Assembly: GCA_036785375.1 (NCBI GenBank)
Contig: JAWMAR010000070.1
Coordinates: forward strand, 7,006,001 to 7,070,000
Direction: 5' to 3'
DNA length: 64,000 bases
Origin: Leucoraja ocellata
Taxonomy: Eukaryota
In this document: in pieces, positions 12,051-24,335 of the stretch
Layout of the letters: each line of letters begins with the position of its first letter
How positions within the stretch are numbered: position 1 is the stretch's first letter
Program-made: the position numbers and the translations under genes
The notes under the pieces: model-generated
The model's input: only the letters and a program-made list of their open reading frames with translations
The model's database searches: none
What the model was told of the DNA's origin: nothing

Positions 12051-13515
12051 CTGAAGGGCTTGGCCAAGCAGATACAAGGATTGAACCCGCAGTGGTTTAG
12101 GTATCGTGTAGGGGAATTTGATGTACAGTCCAAAAATAAAGATTAGTTGTAGAGTTGCTGCCTTACAGCGCTAGAGACCCGCCTTCGATGGTAACTACGG
12201 GCACTGTCTGTACAGTGTATGTACATTGTCCCTGTGACCATGTGGGTTTCCTCCGGGTGCTCTGGTTTCCTTTCAGATTGCAAAGACGTGTAGATTTGTA
12301 GGTTAATTGGCTTCAGTAAATTGTCCCTAGTGTGTAGGTTAGAACTAGTGTAGGGGTGATCACTGGTTGGGTTAGACTCGGTGGGCCGAAGAACCTGTTT
12401 CCATATCCTAACATATTCAGTTTTTCAGAGCTCCGCGCGATGTCGGGACCAGCTCCACACAACTCCATACGGCTCCGGCGATCAAAGTGGGACCGGCCCC
12501 GCGAGGCCGTACGGCTCAAGTGACCACGTTAGGTCGCGCTTGCCGCATGGAGTCGCATGCTCGTGGGACAGGCCCTTTAATCCGGCGATGTTGCCCGTAG
12601 TGAGCAAAAGTTGCACAAAGTTCACACCCAACTCAATGCTGGCGTACAAAGAATCACTCACACCGGCTGTCTTCAGGGCAGGCAGAAGAAAGTTTATTTA
12701 AATTAAACGTACATTTACCGGTGCAAGCAAGGTCAGTTCTCCTCACTGCATGCGATCCACGCTCACACCTTCCACGCTGCTCATCTTTATACCTTTACTA
12801 TTCCCTACTTAGTGTCAGAGTCAAACAATATGGAAACAGGCCCTTCCCCCAATACCATGTGCTCTAATTTTGCCCACTAATCTCCTATGTGGGACCTTAT
12901 CAAATACTTCCTGAAAGTCCAGGTACACTACATCCACTGGCTCTCCATTGTCCCCAGATCCTCTGACCACTAGTACATCAGGGAGATTGTTTGTGTTCTC
13001 CTTAGTGAAGACGGATCCAACGTTTTTAGTCTATAAAGGTCCAATTTTAGTCTGACCTAATTTTTTTCACATATCTAAAGAAGCTTTTACGATCCTCCTT
13101 TCTATTCTTGGCTATCTTACCTTCATACCTCATCTTTTCTCCCCGTATTGCTTTTTTAGTTATCTTCTGTTGCTCTTTAAAAGAGTTACCCAATCCCCTG
13201 GCTTTCCGCTCATCTTTGCAACGTTATACCTGTTCTCTTTTATTTTGATAGTGTCCCTGACTTCCCTTGTCAGCCACGGTCGCCCCTAACTCCCCTTGGA
13301 ATCTTCCTTCCGCTTTCATCCCACACCCCAGAGACGTGCAGGTTTGTAGGTTAATTGGTCAGTGTAAATTGTAGCTAGTGTGTGGGATAGAACTAGTACA
13401 TGGGGTGATCACTGGTCCCCGTTGACTCTGTGGGCCGAATGGCCTGTTTCCCTGAACTAAACTAAACTAAACTAAACTAGACTTTGCTACTAACTCTGGG
13501 ACGGGCCCTGCTGAA

Positions 13516-14052
13516 TCAGTAGATTTCAAAGACTGCCAGCGAGACGCATTCTTCACAAGTCCTATTATCTTGAGTGGTCCAGACACAGGTATATAACCCT
13601 TCATCTTTCTGTTCTACGCCTGCCAGGATCAACGAGGCGTCATGTATCACATGGATATCATTATGCTTGAAACGCCAGCGGCCCTCCGATCGCTTCGCTA
13701 TGTCAGGAGTTTTAAGACCATACCTGGCAATCGTAACATTGTATTTTCTCCAAATGACATTCAAGAGTTGATGGTATTCGCGGGATACTTTACAGGGCAG
13801 CGTAATGATACTACCCAGAGCTGCATCGAGCATATGCTCGCTAAATGATGCACCGTGATCACTGTCAGAATCTGACTCGTCCGTGCATCTTGGAAACCGT
13901 TCATTGGTGACTTGTCGAGGGGCCCGTGCGTTCCGCCCGGCCAAGTTTGCTTCCTCTCCCCATTCTCTGGAGATCGGACCTGTTCCAGTTGCGGAGACTT
14001 GCCACACCATCTCCACAAGGACCATGAATCCTATCCATCTCTGCAGTCCCAT
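13516..14052 (-). CDS. Secreted single V-set Ig-domain protein, copy 2 (178 aa)
   Basis: First 48 aa identical to copy 1. GSIITLPC...VIW...DASLILAGV..KDEGLYTC. Carries a fifth Cys (TCEEC). Confidence 0.85.
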   Translation of the reverse strand: MGLQRWIGFMVLVEMVWQVSATGTGPISREWGEEANLAGRNARAPRQVTNERFPRCTDESDSDSDHGASFSEHMLDAALGSIITLPCKVSREYHQLLNVIWRKYNVTIARYGLKTPDIAKRSEGRWRFKHNDIHVIHDASLILAGVEQKDEGLYTCVWTTQDNRTCEECVSLAVFEIY

Positions 14053-14634
14053 GTTCCTGTGGGTGAAACAATGGGTCACCTTATTGCAACTCAGTAGGAT
14101 TCATGATGGCATTCCCTGAACCCGCACAGAGTTGGGGAATCGAGAACCAGAGGACATCGGTTTAAGGCGAGGGGGGGGGGGAAAGATTTCATGGGAAACT
14201 GAGGGGTGACTTTTTTACACAAAGGGTGGAGGGTGTTTGGAACGAGCTGCCGGAAGAGGTAGTTGGGGCAGGTACTATCACAATGATTAAGAAACAGTTA
14301 GACAGGTACATTGATAGGACAGGATTAGAGGGGTAAGGGCCAAACGCAGGCAGGTGGGTCTAGTATTGATGGGGGCACGTTGGTGGGCGCGGGCAAGTTG
14401 GGCCGAAGGTCTCGCTGTGACTCTATGACTCCATCACTTGTCCCACCCCGGTCATTCCTCCTTCTCCCTGGTCCTGTCTAGCAGAAGGTACAGAAGCTTG
14501 AAAGCGCGCACCACCAGACTCAGGAACAGCTTCTTCCCCTCTGCTATCAGGCTTCTGAACTGGGGGAACAGTGAACAGAGACAATCCCACCCCCATCACT
14601 CACAGACACTTGAAGGATCCACAGGATTGGTTAC

Positions 14635-14940
14635 CAGCTCCGGAGTCTCCACACAGGGTGACGGGGTCGGTCTTGTTCTCATCTCCTGCCATCGCTCGCT
14701 CCTTTTATACCGACTCCCGGCTTCTCCTGCCCCTCATTGTCTGCCCTCACGTACATTCAACCAATCACTGCCTCCCACGGAGCATTGGCCGGAGTCAGCC
14801 GCGACCTCTCCACCCTCTGCCAAACGTGTCGTTGCATCAGCCGTTAACGTTTAACAAGAACAACGTCATCCCAGCTGCCAGCAGCCAACCAGGCGCACCA
14901 CACATCCTGCTTGTGTCTCCACCACGTCTCGTTCTGGTCA
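14635..14940 (-). promoter_or_regulatory. Promoter/exon 1 of Ig copy 2
   Basis: Same conserved block; TATAAAA on - at 14709-14703. Confidence 0.6.
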
Positions 14941-15220
14941 ACCCAGAGATCCGAGTTTTTCGCGGCCATCAAAGAGGCGTCGAGACTGCGGCGGTGAAGG
15001 AGATATCGTGACCGCAATGGGCAGAAATCCTGGGGGGGGGGGGAACAGGGGGCACGTCTCCCTATGCTTTGGGAGGTGGGGGACGATTCCCCCCCCGCCC
15101 ATGTTTTGTGTTCCGGACTTTATCAGACGCTTTCTATGGGCAGAATCGTCCCGTTCGCGGGGCCTTTCAGCGCCCAAGCGGCTTAAAATCAAACTGCTGC
15201 ATTGAGGCGATCGAGGCTCC

Positions 15221-15499
15221 CATAGAAACATAGAAAATAGGTGCAGGAGTAGGCCATTCAGCCTCCTAGCATCCTCCTCACAGCTAACACTGCCCCCCAG
15301 TTTCGTGTCATCCGCAAACTTGGAGATGTTGCATTCAACTCCCTCATCCAGATCATTAATATATATCGTAAATAGCTGGGGTCCCAGCACTGAGCCTTGC
15401 AGTACCCCACTAGTCACTGCCTGCCATTCTGAAAAGGACCCGTTTACTCCTACTCTTTGCTTTCTGTCTGCCAGCCAGTTCTCTATCCACATCAATACC
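15221..15499 (-). mobile_element. Short internally deleted CR1 (CR1c)
   Basis: CR1 tail plus RT fragment, inserted at gaggctccc/gatgttgaa; empty sites at about 26077 and 32333. Confidence 0.8.
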
Positions 15500-16169
15500 A
15501 ATGTTGAAACCCCCGCCGGGCGATGAAAGGCCCCGCGAACGGGCCGATTCAAGCCCCACGATTCCGGGCAGACGAAGCTGCTGTTGCTGGAGTTCGGAGT
15601 CGGTCACCAACCAAGTCAGCTCCCGATGTTACCGTCCACAGGGCCCACGGCCGAATCCTCGCGTGTGTGCCGCATGCACGCGTGTGCATGTGTGCCGCCA
15701 TGGAATTGTGCCCCACCATGTTTTGATACCGATTTCCATGCATGGAGATGACCTCCAATGAAGTGTAAATGCATGGTTGATTAGATTACTGTAACAGCAT
15801 TGTAAATATTGTATATAATGTGCCAGGCAGTTATCCTACTGTTTGTTGATTGGCTAAAGTGTTGAGCCCTGGCGGGTTTGTTTGAATTCCAGGGTAAATG
15901 TTGCATTATTCAAGTTAAGTTAGTATCTTCCAGAAGCTTCTCCTGAAACAATGTATGGGATCTGTTAGTGGTCTGGGGAACTGTCTATAATATACTGATG
16001 TAATTAATATGTTTGATTGGATTGTAAAGAGACCACCCCTATGTAGTTCGGCCCCTCAAGGTTCGGGGACTTATAAAAGGCAGCCCCCACGAGGTCCTTT
16101 GTCGATCTTCTGGAAGAATCCTTGGGACAGCGTGACCTTTTGGAGTGTTTCTGCTTGCACGAGGCTGAA

Positions 16170-19100
16170 CATAGAAACATAGAAACATAGCTAATAGGTG
16201 CAGGAGTAGGCCATTCGGCCCTTCGAGCCTGCACCGCCATTCAATATGATCATGGCAGATCATCCAACTCAGTATCCTGTAACTGCGTTCTCTCCATACC
16301 ACCTGATCCATTTAGCCACAAGGGCCACATCTAACTCCCTCTTAAATATAGCCAATGAACTGGCTTCAACTACCTTCTGCGGCAGAGAATTCCAGAGATT
16401 CACCACTCTCTGTGTGAAAAAAGTTGTCCTCATCTCGGCCCCAAAAGACTTCCTCTTATCCTTAAACTGTGACCCCTTGTTCTGGACTTCCCGAACATCG
16501 GGAACAATTTTCCTGCATCTAGCTGTCCAACCCCTTAAGAATTTGTAAGTTTCTATAAGATCCCCCCTCAATCTTCTAAATTCTAGCGAGTACAAACCGA
16601 GTCTATCCAGTCTTTCGTCATATGAAAGTCCTGACATCGCAGGAATCAGTCTGGTGAGCCTTCTCTGTACTCCCTCTATAGCAAGAATGTCTTTCCTCAG
16701 ATTAAGAGACCAAAACTGTACGCAATACTCCAGGTGTGGTCTCACCAAGAGCATGTACAACTGCAGTAGAACCTCCCTGCTCCTATACTCAAATCCTTTT
16801 GCTATGAATGCTAACATACCATTCGCCTTCTTCACTGCCTGCTGCACCTGCATGCCTACTTTTAATGTTTAAGAGGGAACTGCAGATGCTGGAGAATCGA
16901 AGGTTACACAGAAAAGCTGGAGAAACTCAGCGGGTGCAGCAGCATCTATGGAGCGAAGGAAAAAGGCAACGTTTCGGGCCGAAACCCTTCTTCAGACTGA
17001 TCAGGGTGGGGGTGGGTGGGGACAAGAAAGGGGAAAAGGAGAGTCGCCGGAAGGCTGGAGGGTGGGAGGAGAAGGCTGGAGGGTGGGAGGAGACACCAGG
17101 GAGCTGAGGAAGGGGAGGAGACAGCAAGGACTAACAGAATTGGGAGAAGTCGATGTTCATGCCCCCGGGGTGCAGACTCCCCAAACGGAATATGAGGTGC
17201 TGTTCCTCCAATTTCCGGTGCTGCTCGCTGTGGCCATGGAGGAGACCCAGGACAGAGAGGTCGGAGGCGAGTGGGAGGGGAGTTGAAGTGCTGAGCCACC
17301 GGGAGGTCAGCTAGGTTATTGCGGACCGAGCGGAGGTGTTCGGCGAAACGATCGCCCAACCTCCGCTTGGTCTCACTGATATAGATCTGCTGACATCTAG
17401 AGCAGCGGACGCAATAGATGAGGTTGGAAGAGATGCAGGTAAACCTCTGTCGCACCTGGAACGATTGCTTGGGTCCCTGAACGGAGTTGAGGGGGGAGGT
17501 AAAGGGACAAGTGTTGCATCTCCTGCGGCCGCAAGGGAAAGTGCCCGGGGAGGGGGTGGACCGAGAGGGAAGGGAAGAATTGACAAGGGAGTTATGGAGG
17601 GAGCGGTCTTTGCGGAAGGCAGATATGGGGGGAGATGGGAAGATGTGGCTAGTAGTGGGGTCACGTTGGAGGTGGCGAAACTGACGGAGGATTATTTTTG
17701 TATGTGATGGCTGGTGGGGTGAAAGGTGAGGACTAGGGGGACTCGGCCCTTGTTGCGAGTGCGGGGATGGGGAGAGAGAGCAGTGTTGCGGGGTATGGAA
17801 GAGACCCTGGTGCGAGCCTCATTATGGTGGAGGAGGGGAACCCCCGTTCCCTGAATAGTGAGGACATTTCAGATGTCCTGGTGTGGAACGCCTCATCCGT
17901 GGAGCAGATGCGGCGTAGACGGAGGAATTGGGAGTAGGGGATGGAGTCCTTACAGGAAGCAGGGTGGGAAGAAGTGTAGTCCAGATAGCCATGGGAGTCA
18001 GTGGGTTTATAGTGTATGTCGGTTATAAGTCTATCACCTGCAATGGAGATAGTGAGGTCAAGGAATGGTAGGGAAGTGTCGGAGATGGTCCAGGTGTATT
18101 TCAGTGCCGGGTGGAAATTAGTGGTGAAGTGGATGAAGTCAGTCAGTTGTGTGCGGGTGCAGGAGGTGGCACCAAAGCAGTCGTCGATGTAGCGGAGGTA
18201 GAGGTTGGGGATGGGGCCCTGGTATGTATTGAACAAGGATTGCTCGACGTAACCTACAAATAGGCAGGCATAGCTGGGCCCATGCGTGTGCCCATAGCTA
18301 CGCCTTGTATTTGGAGGAAGTGGGAGGAGTCGAACTCGAAGTTATTGAGGGTAAGGACCAGCTCCGCTAGGCGGAGGAGAGTGTCAGTGGCTGGGTATGG
18401 GTTGCTTCTCTGGTCGAGGAAGAACCGGAGGGCTGTGAGACCATCGTAGTGGGGGATGGAGGTGTATAGTGATTGGACGTCCATGGTGAAGATGAGGGGG
18501 TGAGGGCCTAGAGAATTGAATGCGCGGAGACGACGGAGAGTGTCTGAGGTGTCTTGGACATAGGTAGGAGGGATTTAACCAAGGGTGATAGGATGGAGTC
18601 AAGGTATTTGGAAATGAGTTCGGTGGGGCACGAACAGGCGGAGACAATGGGTCTTCCGGGACAATCAGGTTTGTGGATTTTAGGGAGAAGGTAAAATCGG
18701 GCTGTGCGGGGCTGGGGAACGATGAGGTTGGAGGCTCGGTCGGGTAGGGCATTGGAGTGGATGAAGTTGGTGATGGTGCTGGAGATGGTGGCCTGGTGCT
18801 CGTCAGTGGGGTCATGGTCCAGGGGTAAGTAGGAGGAGGTGTCCGATAGTTGGCGCGTGGCCTCAGCTTTGTAGGTTTACCTGCATCTCTTCCAACCTCA
18901 TCTATTGCGTCCGCTGCTCTAGATGTCAGCAGATCTATATCGGTGAGACCAAGCGGAGGTTGGGCGATCGTTTCGCCGAACACCTCCGCTCGGTCCGCAA
19001 TAACCTAGCTGACCTCCCGGTGGCTCAGCACTTCAACTCCCCCTCCCACTCCGCCTCCGACCTCTCTGTCCTGGGTCTCCTCCATGGCCACAGCGAGCAG

Positions 19101-20528
19101 CACCGGAAATTGGAGGAACAGCACCTCATATTCCGTTTGGGGAGTCTGCACCCCGGGGGCATGAACATCGACTTCTCCCAATTCTGTTAGTCCTTGCTGT
19201 CTCCTCCCCTTCCTCAGCTCCCCTGGTGTCTCCTCCCACCCTCCAGCCTTCTCCTCCCACCCTCCAGCCTTCCGGCTACTCCTCCTTTTCCCTTTCTTGT
19301 CCCCACCCACCCCCACCCCTGATCAGTCTGAAGAAGGGTTTCGGCCCAAAACGTTGCCTATTTCCTTCGCTCCATAGATGCTGCTGCACCCGCTGAGTTT
19401 CTCCAGCTTTTCTGTGTAACCTGCCTACTTTTAATGACTGGTGTACCATGACACCCAGGTCTCGTTGCATCTCCCCCTTTCCTAATCGGCCACCATTCAG
19501 ATAATAGTCTAATTTCCTGTTTTGCCACCAAAGTGGATAACCTCACATTTATCCACATTATACTGCATCTGCCATGCATTTGCCCACTCACCCAGCCTAT
19601 CCAAGTCACCTTGCAGCCTCCTAGCATCCTACTCAGAGCTAACACTGCCCCCAGCTTTGTGTCATCCGCAAACTTGGAGATGTTGCATTCAATTCCCTCG
19701 TCCAAATCATTAATATATACCGTAAATAGCTGGGGTCCCAGAACTGAGCCTCGAGGTACCCCACTAGTCACTGCCTGCCATTGTGAAAAGGACCCGTTTA
19801 CTCCTACTCTTTGCTTCCTGTCTGCCAGCCAGTTCTCTATCCACATCAGTACTGAACCCCCAATACCGTGTGCTTTAAGTTTGTATACTAATCTCTTATG
19901 TGGGACCTTGTCGAAAGCCTTCTGAAAGTCCAGATATAACACATCCACTGGTTCTCCCCTATCCACGCTACTAGTTACATCCTCGAAAAATTCTATAAGA
20001 TTTGTCAGACATGATTTACCCTTCATAAATCCATGCTGACCTTGTCCAATGATTTCACCACTTTCCAAATGTGCTACTATCCCATCTTTAATAACTGATT
20101 CTAGCAGTTTCCCCACTACCGACGTTAGACTAACTGGTCTGTAATTCCCCATTTTCTCTTTTTAAAATGTGGTGTTACATTAGCTACCCTCCAATCCTCA
20201 GGAACTACTCCCAAATCTAAAGAGTTTTGAAAAATTATCACTAATGCATCCACTATTTCTGGGGCTACTTCCTTAAGTACTCTGGGATACAACCTATCTG
20301 GCCCTGGGGATTTATCGGCTTTTAATTCATTCAATTTACCTACCACCACTTCCCGGCTAACCTGGGTTTCACTCAGTTCCTCCATCTCATTTGACCCCCG
20401 GTCCCCTGCTATTTCCGGCAGATTATTTATGTCTTCCTTAGTGAAGACGGAACCAAAGTAGTTATTCAATTGGTCTGCCATGTCCTTGTTCCCCATGATC
20501 AATTCACTTGTTTCTGACTGCAAGGGAC
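16170..20528 (-). mobile_element. CR1a duplicate interrupted by a Penelope-like element
   Basis: Same termini and CTGAA duplication as 280-2083. Confidence 0.9.
16868..19421 (-). mobile_element. Penelope-like retroelement with inverted pseudo-LTR
   Basis: RT motifs MDVQSLYTSIPH, QGVAMGTRMGP, YLRYIDDCF; GIY-YIG NLIYCVRC...YIGETKRRLGDRFAEH; inverted copy of its 3' end at about 18873-19421; 15-bp TSD tgcctacttttaatg at 16853-16867 and 19422-19436. Confidence 0.92.
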
Positions 20529-22910
20529 CTGAAGGGCTTGGCCAAGCAGATACAAGGATTGAACCCGCAGTGGTTTAGGTATCGTGTAGGGGAATTTGGA
20601 ATTTGATGTACAGCACAAAAATAAAGTTTAGTTGTTCCAGTGCTTGACTCAGTGGTTTTTGACTGAACTAGACTGGGGGTAAGCTTGAGAAGAATGTATT
20701 TAATCCCTCCCCCCCCCCCACTACCACCCTCCTTCTCCCTCTACCCCTTCCCACTCTCTCTCTACCTCCTTTCTCTCTGCCTCTCTCCTTCACTCCCCCT
20801 CCTCTCTCCCTCTAAGTATTGAAGAGGGAGGGTGAAGAGTAGGAAGAGGGGATGCGGCGAAATGAGCCGCGCCTCCAGAGTTGGGGGCTATGAGTGAGTG
20901 GTGGAATATTGCGTTGGGGAACGGGGTGAGTGGTGGAATATTGCGTTGGGGAATGGGTGAGTGGTGGAATATTGCGTTGGGTTTGTACTTGGTCTGCACA
21001 GTAACTTTATATAATTCTATCAGGTCTATGGGCGGCTCTGTAGTGGCAGCCCTCCACTGTCTACCCTGGCCTATCATGATTATATACTTACACCATAAGT
21101 ACACAATAAGGTCTCAGTTATTCCAAGTAAACCAGACCATGATAGTACAAGACAACGTACGTGGGGCATCACCAGTGGTGCAGTGTCCATCAGGGTTGTG
21201 TAGGGTTGTGGTGAGTGGCGTAGGGTTGTGGTTGGGGTTGTGCAGGCTGGTTCAACAACCTTGTGCTTGCTGGGAAGAAGCTGCTCTTGAACCTGGAGCT
21301 CACGGTTCTCAGGCTCCTGTACCTTCCCCTCAGTAGTGGTGATAAGAGAGTGTGGCCAGGGTGGTGTGGGTCTATAACTGGAAGACCAGGCTCCATACGG
21401 AGGTAAGAAAGCTCCTTGACAACCACAATTGACACCCAACGAGGGTCAAAACTGGACTCTAATCAGCAGCCCTAACAATGCACGAGGGCAATGCAGGGGC
21501 GGTACAGTGGCGCAGCGGTAGAGTTGCTGCCTTACAGCGCTAGAGACCCGCCTTCGATGGTAACTACGGGCACTGTCTGTACAGTGTATGTACATTGTCC
21601 CTGTGACCATGTGGGTTTCCTCCGGGTGCTCTGGTTTCCTTTCAGATTACAAAGACGTGTAGATTTGTAGGTTAATTGGCTTCAGTAAATTGTCCCTAGT
21701 GTGTAGGTTAGAACTAGTGTAGGGGTGATCACTGGTTGGGTTAGACTCGGTGGGCCGAAGAACCTGTTTCCATATCCTAACATATTCAGTTTTTCAGAGC
21801 CCCGCGCGATGTCGGGACCAGCTCCACACAACTCCATACGGCTCCGGCGATCAAAGTGGGACCGGCCCCGCGAGGCCGTACGGCTCAAGTGACCACGTTA
21901 GGTCGCGCTTGCCGCATGGAGTCGCATGCTCGTGGGACTGGCCCTTTAATCCGGCGATGTTGCCCGTAGTGAGCAAAAGTTGCACAAAGTTCACACCCAA
22001 CTCAATGCTGGCGTACAAAGAATCACTCACACCGGCTGTCTTCAGGGCAGGCAGAAGAAAGTTTATTTAAATTAAACGTACATTTACCGGTGCAAGCAAG
22101 GTCAGTTCTCCTCACTGCATGCGGTCCACGCTCACACCTTCCACGCTGCTCATCTTTATACCTTTACTATTCCCTACTTAGTGTCAGAGTCAAACAATAT
22201 GGAAACAGGCCCTTCCCCCAATACCATGTGCTCTAATTTTGCCCATTAATCTCCTATGTGGGACCTTATCAAATACTTCCTGCAAGTCCAGGTACACTAC
22301 ATCCACTGGCTCTCCGTTGTCCCCAGATCCTCTGACCACTAGTACATCAGGGAGATTGTTTGTGTTCTCCTTAGTGAAGACGGATCCAAAGTTTTTAGTT
22401 TATAAAGGACCAATTTTAGTCTGAACTAATTTTTTTCACATATCTAAAGAAGCTTTTACGATCCTCCTTTCTATTCTTGGCTATCTTACCTTCATACCTC
22501 ATCTTTTCTCCCCGTATTGCTTTTTTAGTTATCTTCTGTTGCTCTTTAAAAGAGTTACCTAATCCCCTGGCTTTCCGCTCATCTTTGCAACGTTATACCT
22601 GTTCTCTTTTATTTTGATAGTGTCCCTGACTTCCCTTGTCAGCCACAGTCGCCCCTAACTCCCCTTGGAATCTTCCTTCCTCTTTGGAATCCGGGTGCTC
22701 CGGTTTCGTCCCACACCCCAGAGACGTGCAGGTTTGTAGGTTAATTGGTCAGTGTAAATTGTATCTAGTGTGTGGGATAGAACTAGTATATGGGGTGATC
22801 ACTGGTCCCCATTGACTCTGTGGCCGAAGGGCTTGTTTCCCTGTTGTACCTCTGAACGGAACTAAACTAAACTAGACTTTGTTACTGACCCTGGGACTGG
22901 CCCTGCTGAA

Positions 22911-23447
22911 TCAGTGAGAGATCATCAGCTGCATCAATAATTCACAAAACGGTCTATATGGATACTTGATCCAAACACAGGAATACGTCCCTTTATCTTC
23001 CTCTTTTACACCTGTCAGGAGCAACGTGGCGTCCTGATTCCTAATGACGTCTCGTTGCACGAACCTCCAGTGAACATCAGATCCGTAATAAAACGCTAAC
23101 GCTCTCTCATGGAAATGGGCAATTTGAACACCATCTTTATTCCATGTAACCGTGGGACTATTGTCAACGTTGGATACATTACATGGCAACGTAACAGAAC
23201 CACCCAGAGATGCAACGAGCACCTTCTTGTTAATCGTTGATAGGTGATGACTGATGGCATCAGAATCTGACTTGTCCGTGCATCTTGGAAGCGTTTCATT
23301 GGTGACCTGTCGAGGGGCCCGTGCGTTCCGCCCGGCCAAGTTTGCTTCCTCTCCCCATTCTCTGGAGGTCGGACCTGTTCCAGTTGCGGAGACTTGCCAC
23401 ACCATCTCCACAAGGACCATGAATCCTATCCATCTCTGCAGTCCCAT
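22911..23447 (-). CDS. Secreted single V-set Ig-domain protein, copy 3 (178 aa), closest to copy 1
   Basis: Collinear with copy 1 without indels, 28 aa differences. GGSVTLPC...VTW...DATLLL..EEDKGTYSC. Confidence 0.85.
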   Translation of the reverse strand: MGLQRWIGFMVLVEMVWQVSATGTGPTSREWGEEANLAGRNARAPRQVTNETLPRCTDKSDSDAISHHLSTINKKVLVASLGGSVTLPCNVSNVDNSPTVTWNKDGVQIAHFHERALAFYYGSDVHWRFVQRDVIRNQDATLLLTGVKEEDKGTYSCVWIKYPYRPFCELLMQLMISH

Positions 23448-24028
23448 GTTCCTGTGGGTGAAACAATGGGTCACCTTATTGCAACTCAGTAGGATTCATG
23501 ATGACATTTCCTGAACCCGCCCAGAGTTGGGGAATCGAGAACCAGAGGACATCGGTTTAAGGCGAGGGGGGGGGGAAAGATTTAATGGAAAACTGAGGGG
23601 TGACTTTTTTACACAAAGGGTGGAGGGTGTTTGGAACGAGCTGCCGGAAGAGGTAGTTGAGGCAGGTACTATCACAATGATTAAGAAACAGTTAGACAGG
23701 TACATTGATAGGACAGGATTAGAGGGGTAAGGGCCAAACGCAGGCAGGTGGGTCTAGTATTGATGGGGACACGTTGGTGGGCGCGGGCAAGTTGGGCCGA
23801 AGGTCTCGCTGTGACTCTATGACTCCATCACTTGTCCCACCCCGGTCATTCCTCCTTCTCCCTGGTCCTGTCTAGCAGAAGGTACAGAAGCTTGAAAGCG
23901 CGCACCACCAGACTCAGGAACAGCTTCTTCCCCTCTGCTATCAGGCTTCTGAACTGGGGGAACAGTGAACAGAGACAATCCCACCCCCATCACTCACAGA
24001 CACTTGAAGGATCCACAGGGTTGGTTAC

Positions 24029-24335
24029 CAGCTCCGGAGTCTCCACACAGGGTGACGGGGTCGGTCTTGTTCTCATCTCCTGCCATCGCTCGCTCCTTTT
24101 ATACCGACTCCCGGCTTCTCCTGCCCCTCATTGTCTGCCCTCACGTACATTCAACCAATCACTGCCTCCCACGGAGCATTGGCCGGAGTCAGCCGCGACC
24201 TCTCCACCCTCTGCCAAACGTGTCGTTGCATCAGCCGTTAACGTTTAACAAGAACAACGTCATCCCAGCTGCCAGCGGCCAACCAGGCGCCCCACACATC
24301 CTGCTTGTGTCTCCACCACGTCTCGTTCTGGTCAA
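24029..24335 (-). promoter_or_regulatory. Promoter/exon 1 of Ig copy 3
   Basis: Same block; TATAAAA on - at 24103-24097. Confidence 0.6.
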
